A stretch of 60,773 nt of DNA, from assembly GCA_905235045.1 (NCBI GenBank), contig CAJOJO010000008.1, positions 1 through 60,773 on the forward strand, read 5' to 3'. Below, piece by piece: positions 45,908 through 55,698 of this stretch. Source of the stretch: an uncultured Bacilli bacterium (lineage in GTDB: Bacteria > Bacillota_I > Bacilli_A > RF39 > UBA660). Under the pieces are notes generated by a model. It was given only the letters and a program-made list of their open reading frames with translations. It did not search any database and was not told the origin of the DNA. Both the position numbers and the translations under genes were made by a program. Numbering within the stretch: the first letter of the stretch is position 1; the number at the start of each line of letters is the position of its first letter.

Positions 45908-46360
45908 TTAGTCTTCTATACATGAACTATCTAATGAGTAGCCTTCTTTTTCTGTATCAAGATGTGAATCTGTTCCATCATAATTAATAATTGTGTCACT
46001 AATAATAAATTGTCCTTTTATAACTGAGTCATCTTTCATAATAACCCAACCTTCTTCTGGTAAGTCTCCTTTAGCAGCAGGAATTATTCTAGCGTCATCT
46101 GGATTAGCATAATTACCTTTTCGCATTATGATTCCATCTTCAACAATATAGCACCCATTTTTTAAAGGGGCTTTATCAAATTGTTCAGCAATAATTTGAT
46201 CTTCTAATGCTTTAACATAGTTTTTAACTGTTTCTAATTTACTACTATCCTTTGTTCCGTTAATTACCTTAACTAATTCTGGGATTGCTACTAAAGTTAG
46301 AACAGCGATTACAATAATAACTGCTAATAATTCAAATACTGTAAAACCTTTTTTCTTCAT
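45908..46360 (-). CDS. Type IV pilin-like protein
   Basis: 150 aa from the internal ATG with an AAGGAGG RBS. MKKKG|FTVFELLAVIIVIAVLTLVAIP is the prepilin signal. It starts 10 nt after the MBL gene stop. Confidence 0.8.
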   Translation of the reverse strand: MKKKGFTVFELLAVIIVIAVLTLVAIPELVKVINGTKDSSKLETVKNYVKALEDQIIAEQFDKAPLKNGCYIVEDGIIMRKGNYANPDDARIIPAAKGDLPEEGWVIMKDDSVIKGQFIISDTIINYDGTDSHLDTEKEGYSLDSSCIED

Positions 46361-46370
46361 AATTACCTCC

Positions 46371-46895
46371 TTAATTAAAAAATGGATTTTTATCTTTTTC
46401 TTCACCTAAATTAGTCATATCACCGTGTCCTGGATATACTCTAATACGATCACTATATTCACTTATTTTTCTAATACTATTCATCATTTCTTCGTTACTT
46501 CCTGTTGGCATATCAGTTCTGCCAATTGTTCCTTTAAAGATAAAGTCACCAGAGAACATAAAGTTATAATCATAGAAATAAAAAGATATTGAATCACTAG
46601 TATGACCTGGTGTATATATTACTTCAAATTTAAAGCCAAACATTTCATATTTTTTTTCTTCTAAATTAGATTTATCATAAACAGGTACATGATATTCTTT
46701 TTCAAATTTATCTAAAGCTCCAATATGATCTGGATGACGATGGGTTATTAAAATAGCAACTAGTTTATTATCACCTATTTGATGTTCAATTGAATAGAAT
46801 TGATCACCCGGATCGATTATAATACAGTTACCATCTTTAACTAAGATATAACAATTAGTTTGTAAACTTCCTACTTTAATAATTCTTATTTGCAT
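46371..46895 (-). CDS. MBL-fold metallo-hydrolase (YqgX/glyoxalase II-like)
   Basis: 174 aa with the THRHPDH motif and a C-terminal PGHGDMTNLGEEKDKNPF. Confidence 0.85.
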   Translation of the reverse strand: MQIRIIKVGSLQTNCYILVKDGNCIIIDPGDQFYSIEHQIGDNKLVAILITHRHPDHIGALDKFEKEYHVPVYDKSNLEEKKYEMFGFKFEVIYTPGHTSDSISFYFYDYNFMFSGDFIFKGTIGRTDMPTGSNEEMMNSIRKISEYSDRIRVYPGHGDMTNLGEEKDKNPFFN

Positions 46896-47512
46896 TTTTC
46901 CACCCTTTCTAACACTTCTTTTACTGGTCCATAAGTTTTACGATAACCTTCTATTAAACCATATTTATTTATGGCCTCAATATGTTTTTTAGTAGGATAT
47001 CCTTTATGACTAGCAAAAGCATATTCTGGATATTTTTTATCTAATTTATACATTAAATCATCACGGTATACTTTAGCAATAACTGAAGCTGCCGCAATAG
47101 ATATACTTAAACTATCGCCTTTAATAATTGAAGTTGTTGGAATATCTAAATCAAGAGGCATAGCATCGATTAAAATATGTTCTAATTTTACTTTCTTCTC
47201 AACTTGTTTTATAGCTTTTTCCATAGCTAATTTAGTTGCTTGATAGATATTTACTTTATCAATTATATCAGGGCTAATTTCACCTATACCATAGGCAATA
47301 GCATGTTCTTTAATATAATCACTAAAGACATTTCTTTTTTTTTCGCTTAGCTTTTTTGAATCAGTTAATCCTTCTAGCACAAAGTCTTTTGGTAGAACAA
47401 CACAAGCAGCTACTACTGGTCCAACTAATGGTCCCCGTCCTACTTCGTCAACACCACCAATTAAATTAACACCATTTTTATAAAGTTCTTTTTCATATTT
47501 ATATAAATCCAT
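46886..47512 (-). CDS. rnhB: Ribonuclease HII
   Basis: 208 aa with the GVDEVGRGPL catalytic motif. Confidence 0.95.
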   Translation of the reverse strand: MDLYKYEKELYKNGVNLIGGVDEVGRGPLVGPVVAACVVLPKDFVLEGLTDSKKLSEKKRNVFSDYIKEHAIAYGIGEISPDIIDKVNIYQATKLAMEKAIKQVEKKVKLEHILIDAMPLDLDIPTTSIIKGDSLSISIAAASVIAKVYRDDLMYKLDKKYPEYAFASHKGYPTKKHIEAINKYGLIEGYRKTYGPVKEVLERVEKCK

Positions 47513-47588
47513 GTTATCTATCCCCTATTAATATTATAGCACATATTACCTTTGTTTGCATATAATTAAATTAGAATGGAGTGGATTT

Positions 47589-47810
47589 ATGAAAAGCAAA
47601 AGAAACTGTCCAATGGCATATGGTATGCCAATGATGATGCCTCCAATGATGATGCAACCATATAATCAAATGCCTACATATACTGGACAAATGAATGATA
47701 ATGATACTGATATAGTTAATCGCCTTAATAATTTAGAAAAACGTGTTTCCGCTTTGGAGAATATGTATGGTACTAATAACTATAATAGTTCAAATTATCA
47801 AATGCTATAA
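47589..47810 (+). CDS. Small Met/Pro-rich protein
   Basis: 73 aa from the ATG with a GGAGTGG RBS. It has a CPMAYGMPMMMPPMMMQPYNQMP low-complexity N-terminus followed by a short helical segment. Confidence 0.5.
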   Translation: MKSKRNCPMAYGMPMMMPPMMMQPYNQMPTYTGQMNDNDTDIVNRLNNLEKRVSALENMYGTNNYNSSNYQML

Positions 47811-47842
47811 AAAAATACCTTCTTAATCTTGAAGGTATTTTT
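47811..47842. terminator. Bidirectional terminator hairpin between convergent genes
   Basis: AAAAATACCTTC-TTAATCTT-GAAGGTATTTTT. The stop codon of the minus-strand gene lies in the loop. Confidence 0.5.
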
Positions 47843-48392
47843 CAATGTTATCTTTTTCAATGCCAGTAATATTTGCTATTTCGTCAATACCATATCTTTT
47901 AATTAATATTGTAACCATTGATTTTAGATTAGATAAAACACTATCATTATTCAAAATTTTTTTACGTAATCTTACTATTTCATCATTTAATTTAGTAAGT
48001 TCTTCATCATATTCTTCACATTTTTCATTATACATTTCAACATATTCACTTAATTCACGTTCTTGATTTTTATATTCTATTTCTTTTAATTTATAATCTT
48101 CTATTTCTTTTTTATAATCCATTATTTTATTAGAATATGTATCAATTCGTTCATTAGCTTCTTTAAGTAGCGATTTTCTTGCTTCTGCATCACTTTTTAA
48201 TTCTTTTGATAAGTTTTCGAGACTTTTTGCAACATCGACATTTTCTTTTTCTATATCAACAATTCGGAATTTTAAATCTGATTTACTAATTGGTTCATCT
48301 TTTTTTTGCATTTTCTTAACTTTTTTAACTTCTTTAGCTAATTTATCTAAAGCAGCATCCATTTCGGTTTTTGGTGCTTCTTTTTTTACCAT
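47823..48392 (-). CDS. Coiled-coil hypothetical protein
   Basis: 189 aa, K/E-rich with heptad-like sequence. Confidence 0.6.
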   Translation of the reverse strand: MVKKEAPKTEMDAALDKLAKEVKKVKKMQKKDEPISKSDLKFRIVDIEKENVDVAKSLENLSKELKSDAEARKSLLKEANERIDTYSNKIMDYKKEIEDYKLKEIEYKNQERELSEYVEMYNEKCEEYDEELTKLNDEIVRLRKKILNNDSVLSNLKSMVTILIKRYGIDEIANITGIEKDNIEKYLQD

Positions 48393-48471
48393 ATAGGACC
48401 CTCCTATTCTTACAATTATTATATCATAATAAAATAAAAAGTACTATATTATTTTAAAAAAAAGACCAAGT

Positions 48472-50877
48472 TTAAACTTGATCCATATATTCTAATAATT
48501 TTAAGAATAGTTTAATAAATTTGTGTTCCAAACCTTTTGCGCCTAATTTACGTATCGCAATACGTTTTTTCTTCATTGGCATATCACTAAATAATACCTC
48601 ATCAATCAAGTCTTTCATTTTTGTTTCAATTTGTAAGTCAGCGATAATTGATTCAATATCATCATTTATAAGTCTTAAAGCATCAATTTCAATATCTTTA
48701 CCCTTACAGTTAACTGTTAATTGACCAATTGATGATACATCGTTTACTTCAACAATAAAGTTAGGTCCTGATACATATCCTTTAGCTTCGATTGGTAAAT
48801 CATTAAAATATACTACTATATCATCAGCTTTTTTTGTATTACGGAAGACAAATTTATAATTCCTTTTTTCTGGTACAATACCTGTTTTACCAGTTACTGG
48901 TCTTACAATAACCGTATAGTTATTAGGCATATAATTATAGTCAATTGCAGTAAGCAAGAAATATTCTTTTCGATATAAATCACTTACGCCATCATCTTCA
49001 TATAAGTTATATGTATTACTCATACCAGGGAAAATATGTATTTCTAAATTCTTTGGTGGGTTAGTATTATTTAATTCGTCATTAGTACCCATAGTTATAA
49101 TTGAACCAGCACGAGCAAATACTGGGTAATCTTCATCTTTAAAGAAAGATACATAGTTTTGACCACCTAAGAATTTTTTACCAGTTACAAAATCATACCA
49201 TACTCCATCTGGTAAAAAGAATTTATGAATAGCTCTATTCATTACATAATCCTTACGATTTATAATTGGTGAAATATATAATTCAGTACCAAAGAAATAT
49301 CCATTACGATAATTACTATCATCGTACATTTCAGGATATTTATAGTAAATTGGCATAATTAATGGCATTCCTGATTTATGATATTTATAACTTTCAGCAT
49401 ATAAATAAGGTATTAGTTTATGTCTTAAATTTAAGTAATGTTTAACGATATTATATGTTTTGATACCCCATTTCCATGGTTCTCTTTTATAATATTTACC
49501 TTCATCACTACCAAATTTTAGAATTGGTGAAAATACTCCTAATTGAACATATCTTGTATATAATTCATTATCTTCAGTTCCCTTATAGTAACCACCAATA
49601 TCATGAGCCCAGAAACTACATCCAATGTTTGTTGCACTAGCATTATGAATTGGAATCATTCTTAAAGTATCCCAACTAACTATCGTTTTTCCTGAGTATA
49701 AAACAGGATAACGGTGTGGAGCATACATATTATTACGACTTAATATTATTGGACGACGTTTATAGTCTCTTTTCATATCATTAAAATGATAATGATCAAG
49801 TAAAAATAATTCTTCTAGTTTAGATGTTTCTTCGTAGTTTATCCAATAAAAGTCTACTTCAGTTGTATCCAATGGATGAATTAAAACTTTAAGATAAGCA
49901 TCGACTGTTTTTGGATCTAAGACATTAAATGGAATGGCTCCGTTTTCATCTTTTTTAAGATATTCACTTATTTTATCAAAGTTATTTTCATATGGTAAGA
50001 TTCCCTCCATTGGGTCAACATTTAATCCTAGACGAATACCTTTTTTATGAAGGTAGTCAATCATTTTCTTTGGATTAGCAAATAAATCATTATTCCATGA
50101 AAAACCTGTTTCATATGTTTTATCTCCAATTTTATTTTTGTGCCAATACTTATCTAATAAAACTACTGACAAAGGAATTTCGTTTTCTTCAAAATTAGCT
50201 ACTAATTCATTTAATGATTGATCATTGTATTCAATATTACGACTCCACCAGTTACCTAAAGCATATCTTGGTATTAATGCTGGTTTACCAGTAATATCAT
50301 AATAATCACTTAAACATAAAGCAAAGTCTTTTAAATACATAAATAAGTATACATCTAAAGCTGAACTATTACGATAAATAATATCACCAGTTTCACTAAA
50401 TATATTCGATTTTGAATCATCAATAGAAGCAAAACCATCTACTGAGTATAATCCTTTTTTTAGTTTTAGTTTTTTTGAATCATCTAAGCTCATTCCTGGT
50501 GCGCCATAGTTTCTAACTTCTGGATGATTATAGTACCAAATACGATCAGTATTCAATAATTCTACTTTTAAGTTAGCTGTTGGGTTAAATTTAGAACCCG
50601 CAAATGGATTTTCTTTAACATAAGTTAAACGGAAATATTTTGTTTCTATTTCTAAGTATTTTTTATCTTCTTTTAGTTTAAATTCAACACGGGGCATATT
50701 ACGATACCAAACTAATTCAGTAGGACGATCTTCAAATAAACCTTCTTCACTATATTCCATTCTAATTAATCGTTCTGTTAAAACTGTAAAACGATATTTT
50801 TGTCCTTGAACAACATTTTTTTCGTTTGGCTTTGCTTTAGCGTAATCAAAACTAAATTGATCTCCTAATTTATACAT
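48472..50877 (-). CDS. Glycoside hydrolase family 31 homologue, probably non-catalytic
   Basis: 801 aa. A GH31 signature-2-like segment is present (FWAHDIGGY...LYTRYVQLGVFSPILKF). The nucleophile motif reads FYWINYEE (Asn where Asp is expected), and the acid/base region reads YSGKTIVSW (Lys where Asp is expected). The start lies 4 nt after the pyk stop. Confidence 0.8.
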   Translation of the reverse strand: MYKLGDQFSFDYAKAKPNEKNVVQGQKYRFTVLTERLIRMEYSEEGLFEDRPTELVWYRNMPRVEFKLKEDKKYLEIETKYFRLTYVKENPFAGSKFNPTANLKVELLNTDRIWYYNHPEVRNYGAPGMSLDDSKKLKLKKGLYSVDGFASIDDSKSNIFSETGDIIYRNSSALDVYLFMYLKDFALCLSDYYDITGKPALIPRYALGNWWSRNIEYNDQSLNELVANFEENEIPLSVVLLDKYWHKNKIGDKTYETGFSWNNDLFANPKKMIDYLHKKGIRLGLNVDPMEGILPYENNFDKISEYLKKDENGAIPFNVLDPKTVDAYLKVLIHPLDTTEVDFYWINYEETSKLEELFLLDHYHFNDMKRDYKRRPIILSRNNMYAPHRYPVLYSGKTIVSWDTLRMIPIHNASATNIGCSFWAHDIGGYYKGTEDNELYTRYVQLGVFSPILKFGSDEGKYYKREPWKWGIKTYNIVKHYLNLRHKLIPYLYAESYKYHKSGMPLIMPIYYKYPEMYDDSNYRNGYFFGTELYISPIINRKDYVMNRAIHKFFLPDGVWYDFVTGKKFLGGQNYVSFFKDEDYPVFARAGSIITMGTNDELNNTNPPKNLEIHIFPGMSNTYNLYEDDGVSDLYRKEYFLLTAIDYNYMPNNYTVIVRPVTGKTGIVPEKRNYKFVFRNTKKADDIVVYFNDLPIEAKGYVSGPNFIVEVNDVSSIGQLTVNCKGKDIEIDALRLINDDIESIIADLQIETKMKDLIDEVLFSDMPMKKKRIAIRKLGAKGLEHKFIKLFLKLLEYMDQV

Positions 50878-50881
50878 CTAA

Positions 50882-52300
50882 TCACCTCATCTCCTCTATT
50901 TTCATAAAGTTGGTTTTTTTTACATCGTTAAATGGATAACCACCAGTTATTATATATTTATCATCTTTTACTAAATCATAAGATTTAGCTACCTCATTTA
51001 TTTTTTCAAGGATTTTATCAAATGTAGTTATTTTACTAATTAATATTGGATATACACCATAATAGATATTTAAATTTTTAATTGTTTTTTCATCTGGTGA
51101 TAAAGCAATAATTGGACAACTTGGTCTAAATCTTGATATTTTTTTAGCTGTATATCCTGTCATTGTTGGTGTCATTATTAATTTGGCTTTCATTTTATCC
51201 GCACTCATTACTACACTATAAGCAATTGTCCCGGTTATATCTTCATTTTCTGTACGCATTGCTTGGTCAATAAATTTATAATAATCAACTTCTTTTTCGG
51301 TTTGTTCAATTATTTTAACCATTGTTTCTAATGTTTCAACTGGATATTTACCAACCGTTGTTTCACCTGATAACATAACTACATCAATACCATCTAGTAT
51401 AGCATTCGCAACATCAGATACTTCAGCTCTAGTTGGTCTATTAGTATTTTCCATTGATGACATCATTTCGGTAGCAACAATGCTGAATTTACCTTCCATA
51501 TGGCATTTATTAATGATTTTCTTTTGAATTCCTGGAACTCTTTCCATAGGTAATTCTACTCCTAAATCACCACGAGCAATCATAATTCCATCACTATTAC
51601 TAATAATATTATCTAAATCTTCTACTGCTGATTCATTTTCTATTTTCGCAATTATTGCTAAACGATCATTTTTAATATCAATTAAATGGTCATATACTTC
51701 TAAAACATCTTCATAATTTGATACAAATGATAAAGCTAAAAAGTCTGCTTCTATTCGATCAGCAAATAATATATCTTCTTTATCTTTTTTACTTAAGAAA
51801 GGCACATTAAGTTTTCGATTTATTACATTAACACCTTTATGATCTTCAATAAAGCCACCAACTTTAACTTCGCATAATAAGTAGTCTACCCCTTTTTCTA
51901 AAACTAATAACTCAATTAAACCATCATTTAGTTTTATTGTTGTATTTGTTTTAACGTCTCTTACAAAGTTATTATAGCTCACTGAAAACTTAGTAGAATC
52001 TCCTACTAAGCATGGGTCATCATAAATTCTAATTTTATCTCCGGTATTAAAGTAAGCGGTTCCACCTTCAAAGGTATTTACTATGATATCTGGTCCTTTT
52101 AAATCAATTAATATACCCGTATTTTTATTTAATTCTTTATCGATTTTTCTAATTTTTTTGATAATGTCTTCGGCAAATTGATAATCAGAATGAGTCATAT
52201 TGATACGCGCAATATCCATACCATTACTAATTAATGCTTTTAAAACATTTTCATCTTTACTTGCAGGCCCAATGGTCGCAATTACCTTTGTTTTTTTCAT
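50882..52300 (-). CDS. pyk: Pyruvate kinase
   Basis: 472 aa. It begins MKKTKVIATIGPAS and contains MIARGDLGVE and the MLSGETT motif. Confidence 0.95.
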   Translation of the reverse strand: MKKTKVIATIGPASKDENVLKALISNGMDIARINMTHSDYQFAEDIIKKIRKIDKELNKNTGILIDLKGPDIIVNTFEGGTAYFNTGDKIRIYDDPCLVGDSTKFSVSYNNFVRDVKTNTTIKLNDGLIELLVLEKGVDYLLCEVKVGGFIEDHKGVNVINRKLNVPFLSKKDKEDILFADRIEADFLALSFVSNYEDVLEVYDHLIDIKNDRLAIIAKIENESAVEDLDNIISNSDGIMIARGDLGVELPMERVPGIQKKIINKCHMEGKFSIVATEMMSSMENTNRPTRAEVSDVANAILDGIDVVMLSGETTVGKYPVETLETMVKIIEQTEKEVDYYKFIDQAMRTENEDITGTIAYSVVMSADKMKAKLIMTPTMTGYTAKKISRFRPSCPIIALSPDEKTIKNLNIYYGVYPILISKITTFDKILEKINEVAKSYDLVKDDKYIITGGYPFNDVKKTNFMKIEEMR

Positions 52301-52390
52301 ATCACATTACCTTACCCTTATTCTTAAATATTATATCATTTTTTTTAAGAAAATAAAAGAAAAAAAGCGTTTTTTAAGATATTAAAGATT

Positions 52391-53370
52391 TTAATTATCT
52401 TCTAAATCAATATACATATTTAAATCTTCTTCTGTTGGTAGATATTCTTTTAACTTAAATGAGCTTATTCCAATAGGTTTGTTTATATCTTTTAAAGCAT
52501 ATTGAGTTATAAATCTATTTTTATTTTTGCATAAAATTAAACCAATTGTAGGATTATCAGTCTTATCTTTTATTAAATCATCTACTGCAGATAAATAAAA
52601 ATTCATTTTACCAATATATTCAGGTTTGAATTCAGTTGCCTTTAATTCAACTACTATATAAGATTTTAATTTCAAATGATAAAATAGTAAATCGATAAAA
52701 TATTCATTTTCTCCAATTACTAATTTATATTGGCTACCAACAAAACTAAATCCATTACCAAATTCTAAAAGAACATTTTTAATTTTTTCTATCATTTTAT
52801 TTTCTAGCTGTTTTTCTTTATAATTATTATTTAAGGAAATAAAATATCTTTTAGGGTATTATTAATTAAATCACTATCAAGCTTTAATGACACGTCTTTA
52901 AAATTATTTATTGAATTTCCAATTCGTTTATAATAATTAGTTTTAATTTGTAAATCTAACATATTCCTACTCCATCCATTATCGATAGTTGCTTTAGCAT
53001 AAATTTCTCTTATATTTCTATCTTTTATTTTTTCCATTAATAATATGTTATGACCCCAAGGTAAATGTGCAACAAGTTGTTGCACTTTTTCATTATCATT
53101 ATATTCAATGTAAAATTTTTTCATATATTTTAAGTTTCTATCTGAAAATCCCTTCAAATTTGGATATTCTAGTTTTATAGCGCTAGAAACATTTTTTATA
53201 AAACTGTTACCATATTTACTATTTTCAGCTAGTATTTTACCAATTCTAAAATACATCATAATAAGATTTTTATTAACTTGTTGGACTGTATTTATTTGCG
53301 TTGTCTTAATTTCATTTTTAATACTAGCAACAACATGTTTAAAACTTTCACTAATTTTTTCTTCGATCAT
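52391..53370 (-). pseudogene. Frameshifted YhcG-like PDDEXK nuclease (second paralogue)
   Basis: ORFs 52831..53370 and 52391..52795 align colinearly with the intact 339-aa copy. The frame is lost near 52845 (..LKDILFP* where ..KDPYIFD.. is expected), and reading continues in another frame as YFISLNNNYKEKQLENKMIEK... Confidence 0.75.
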
Positions 53371-53444
53371 ATTTACCTCCTACTAATATCATACGAGATA
53401 AATTTTAAAATTCCTGCAAAAAAAAGAATACTTTTAAAGTATTC

Positions 53445-53993
53445 TTAGAATTGCACTTTTGGTGCTTCTCTATCTGCTGCTTCAACTTCAAATAATTTAG
53501 CTGCTTCAAAATGGAACATTCCAGCAATAATGTTTGATGGAACAACTTCGATTTTGTTGTTATATTTAGTAACAGCATCATTATAGAATTGTCTAGCGTA
53601 TCTAATTTTATCTTCAGTTTCTGTTAGTTTTTGTTGTAAATCCATGAAATTAGCATTTGCTTTTAAGTCTGGATAACTTTCAGATAAAGCAAATAATTTA
53701 CTTAAGGCACCAGTAATTTCACCACTTGCCTTCATTTGATCTTCTGGTGTAGTAGCAGTTACATAGCTATTACGAGCTTTTATAACAGCTTCTAAAGTTT
53801 CACTTTCATGATTTGCATATCCTTTTACTGTTTCAACTAAATTTGGAATTAAATCCGCTCTTGTTTTTAAAACAACATCAATTTGTGACCATTGATTTCT
53901 TACTTTATTTCTTAATTGTACTAGAGTATTATAAATACTAATTACAAAGAAAACAAGTAATACAACAACCACTAAAATAATAATCCATACCAT
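53445..53993 (-). CDS. lemA: LemA family protein
   Basis: ~182 aa with an N-terminal TM and LemA motifs (QWSQIDVVLKTRADLIPNLVETVKGY, NFMDLQQKL, RYARQFYNDAV). Confidence 0.9.
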   Translation of the reverse strand: MVWIIILVVVVLLVFFVISIYNTLVQLRNKVRNQWSQIDVVLKTRADLIPNLVETVKGYANHESETLEAVIKARNSYVTATTPEDQMKASGEITGALSKLFALSESYPDLKANANFMDLQQKLTETEDKIRYARQFYNDAVTKYNNKIEVVPSNIIAGMFHFEAAKLFEVEAADREAPKVQF

Positions 53994-54069
53994 ACACATT
54001 CCTCCTATAATTAATTATACATTGTTTTTAAAAAAAAAGAAACATTTTTTAAGATAAAATTAAAAAAGC

Positions 54070-54270
54070 TTATTCAGCTTTTATTTTTACATACCCTTTA
54101 GCTATTTCTTCTAAAGCTTTTCCGATGTTTTTTTTAGAAATGTATTCTTCTTCCTTCATTTGGTAGTTTTTTACTTTTTCCATTTCATCGATTCTTTTTG
54201 ATATTAGGTTAACTAGTAAATATTTCGAACCAGCAATATTTAATAGTTTATCTATTGATGGATATATCAC
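54070..54270 (-). CDS. rpoZ: DNA-directed RNA polymerase subunit omega
   Basis: 66 aa with a GTG start, PSIDKLL...SKYLLVNLISKRIDEM. Confidence 0.85.
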   Translation of the reverse strand: MIYPSIDKLLNIAGSKYLLVNLISKRIDEMEKVKNYQMKEEEYISKKNIGKALEEIAKGYVKIKAE

Positions 54271-54351
54271 GCTATCACTCCCTCTATTATTAGAATATAA
54301 TATATTTTTTTAAGTTTCAAGAAAAAATTCTTTTTTTGACACATTTTGACA

Positions 54352-55620
54352 TTATCTTATAATATCAATGACTAAGTTTGCTTTTTTTGGTGCTTCTTCA
54401 CTTATTGTGAAACAATCTAATAATTCATTTATTTTTAAGTCTTTATCACTTATATATACTTTAACTAGTTCTTCGTTTTCAAAAACTAAGTCACCAACTT
54501 TTTTATTTAAAACAATACCAACACCATAATCAATAGAATCTTCTTTATTAGTTCTACCACCGCCGATATTTTTAACGATTTCGCCCAGTTTTTCAGTATC
54601 AATATGCGTTATAAAACCCTCTTCTTTACTTTTTATGGATATTATATTATTAGAAATACTTATATTATTAATATCCCCTTTTTGATAAGCAATAAATTCA
54701 TAAAATTTGGCTAATGCTTTACCATTATCCAAGTTTTCTTTTACTACATTATATGCTTCTTCTTCACTTATATTTTTGGCCATCGATACCATTATTGATC
54801 CTAATCTTAGACATAACATTTCTAAGTCTTTTGGACCATTACCTTTTAATACTTCAATACTTTCCAGTACTTCTAATCCATTACCAATATTTTTTCCTAA
54901 AGGAACATCCATATTAGTTAGAACGCATACTACTTTTCGATTATATGATTCACCAATTCTAATCATTGTTTTCGCTAGTGTTTTTGCATCTTCTTCGTTT
55001 TTCATTAAAGCTCCGTTACCAACTTTAACGTCAATGACAATATTTTGAGCACCACTAGCTATTTTTTTACTCATAATACTAGAAGCAATTAAAGGAATTG
55101 ATTCAACAGTTCCGGTTACATCTCTTAGGGCATAAATTTTTTTGTCAGCCGGAACGATATTACCCGATTGACTTATAACTGATAAACCAATTTCTTTTAC
55201 TTGTTTAATAAATTCTTCTCTTTCTAAAGATACTTGAAATCCTTTAATTGATTCTAATTTATCAATAGTACCACCAGTATGTCCTAATCCTCTACCACTC
55301 ATTTTTGCGACATTAACTCCTGATGCTGCTACTATTGGTCCTAGTATTAAAGTTGTTTTATCACCAACACCACCAGTGGAATGCTTATCAACTAAATCAG
55401 GTAAATCGAGATTAATAATTTCGCCACTATTTAACATAACATCAGTTAAATCAATTGTTTCTTTTAAAGTCATTCCGTTTAAAACTATTGCCATTAAAAG
55501 ACTAGATACTTGATAATCTGGTATTTCATTATTTACGTATCCGTTTATTACAAATTCTAGTTCTTCTTTAGTAAGTTCTTGTTTATTTTTTTTCTTTAAA
55601 ATGATATCAATAATATTCAT
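54352..55620 (-). CDS. pdp: Pyrimidine-nucleoside phosphorylase
   Basis: 422 aa with HSTGGVGDKT and KMSGRGLGHTGGT motifs. Confidence 0.95.
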   Translation of the reverse strand: MNIIDIILKKKNKQELTKEELEFVINGYVNNEIPDYQVSSLLMAIVLNGMTLKETIDLTDVMLNSGEIINLDLPDLVDKHSTGGVGDKTTLILGPIVAASGVNVAKMSGRGLGHTGGTIDKLESIKGFQVSLEREEFIKQVKEIGLSVISQSGNIVPADKKIYALRDVTGTVESIPLIASSIMSKKIASGAQNIVIDVKVGNGALMKNEEDAKTLAKTMIRIGESYNRKVVCVLTNMDVPLGKNIGNGLEVLESIEVLKGNGPKDLEMLCLRLGSIMVSMAKNISEEEAYNVVKENLDNGKALAKFYEFIAYQKGDINNISISNNIISIKSKEEGFITHIDTEKLGEIVKNIGGGRTNKEDSIDYGVGIVLNKKVGDLVFENEELVKVYISDKDLKINELLDCFTISEEAPKKANLVIDIIR

Positions 55621-55698
55621 AGTATCACCTATTTTAATTCTAACATTTAAAAAAAAGAAATACTATTGTATTTCTTTAATTTTGACAGTTGTTTACAC

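Noticed and set aside
54215-54235. tRNA-like TTCGAACC string.
   Set aside because: It lies inside the rpoZ coding sequence with no acceptor or anticodon stem context. No tRNA or rRNA genes were recognisable anywhere in the window.
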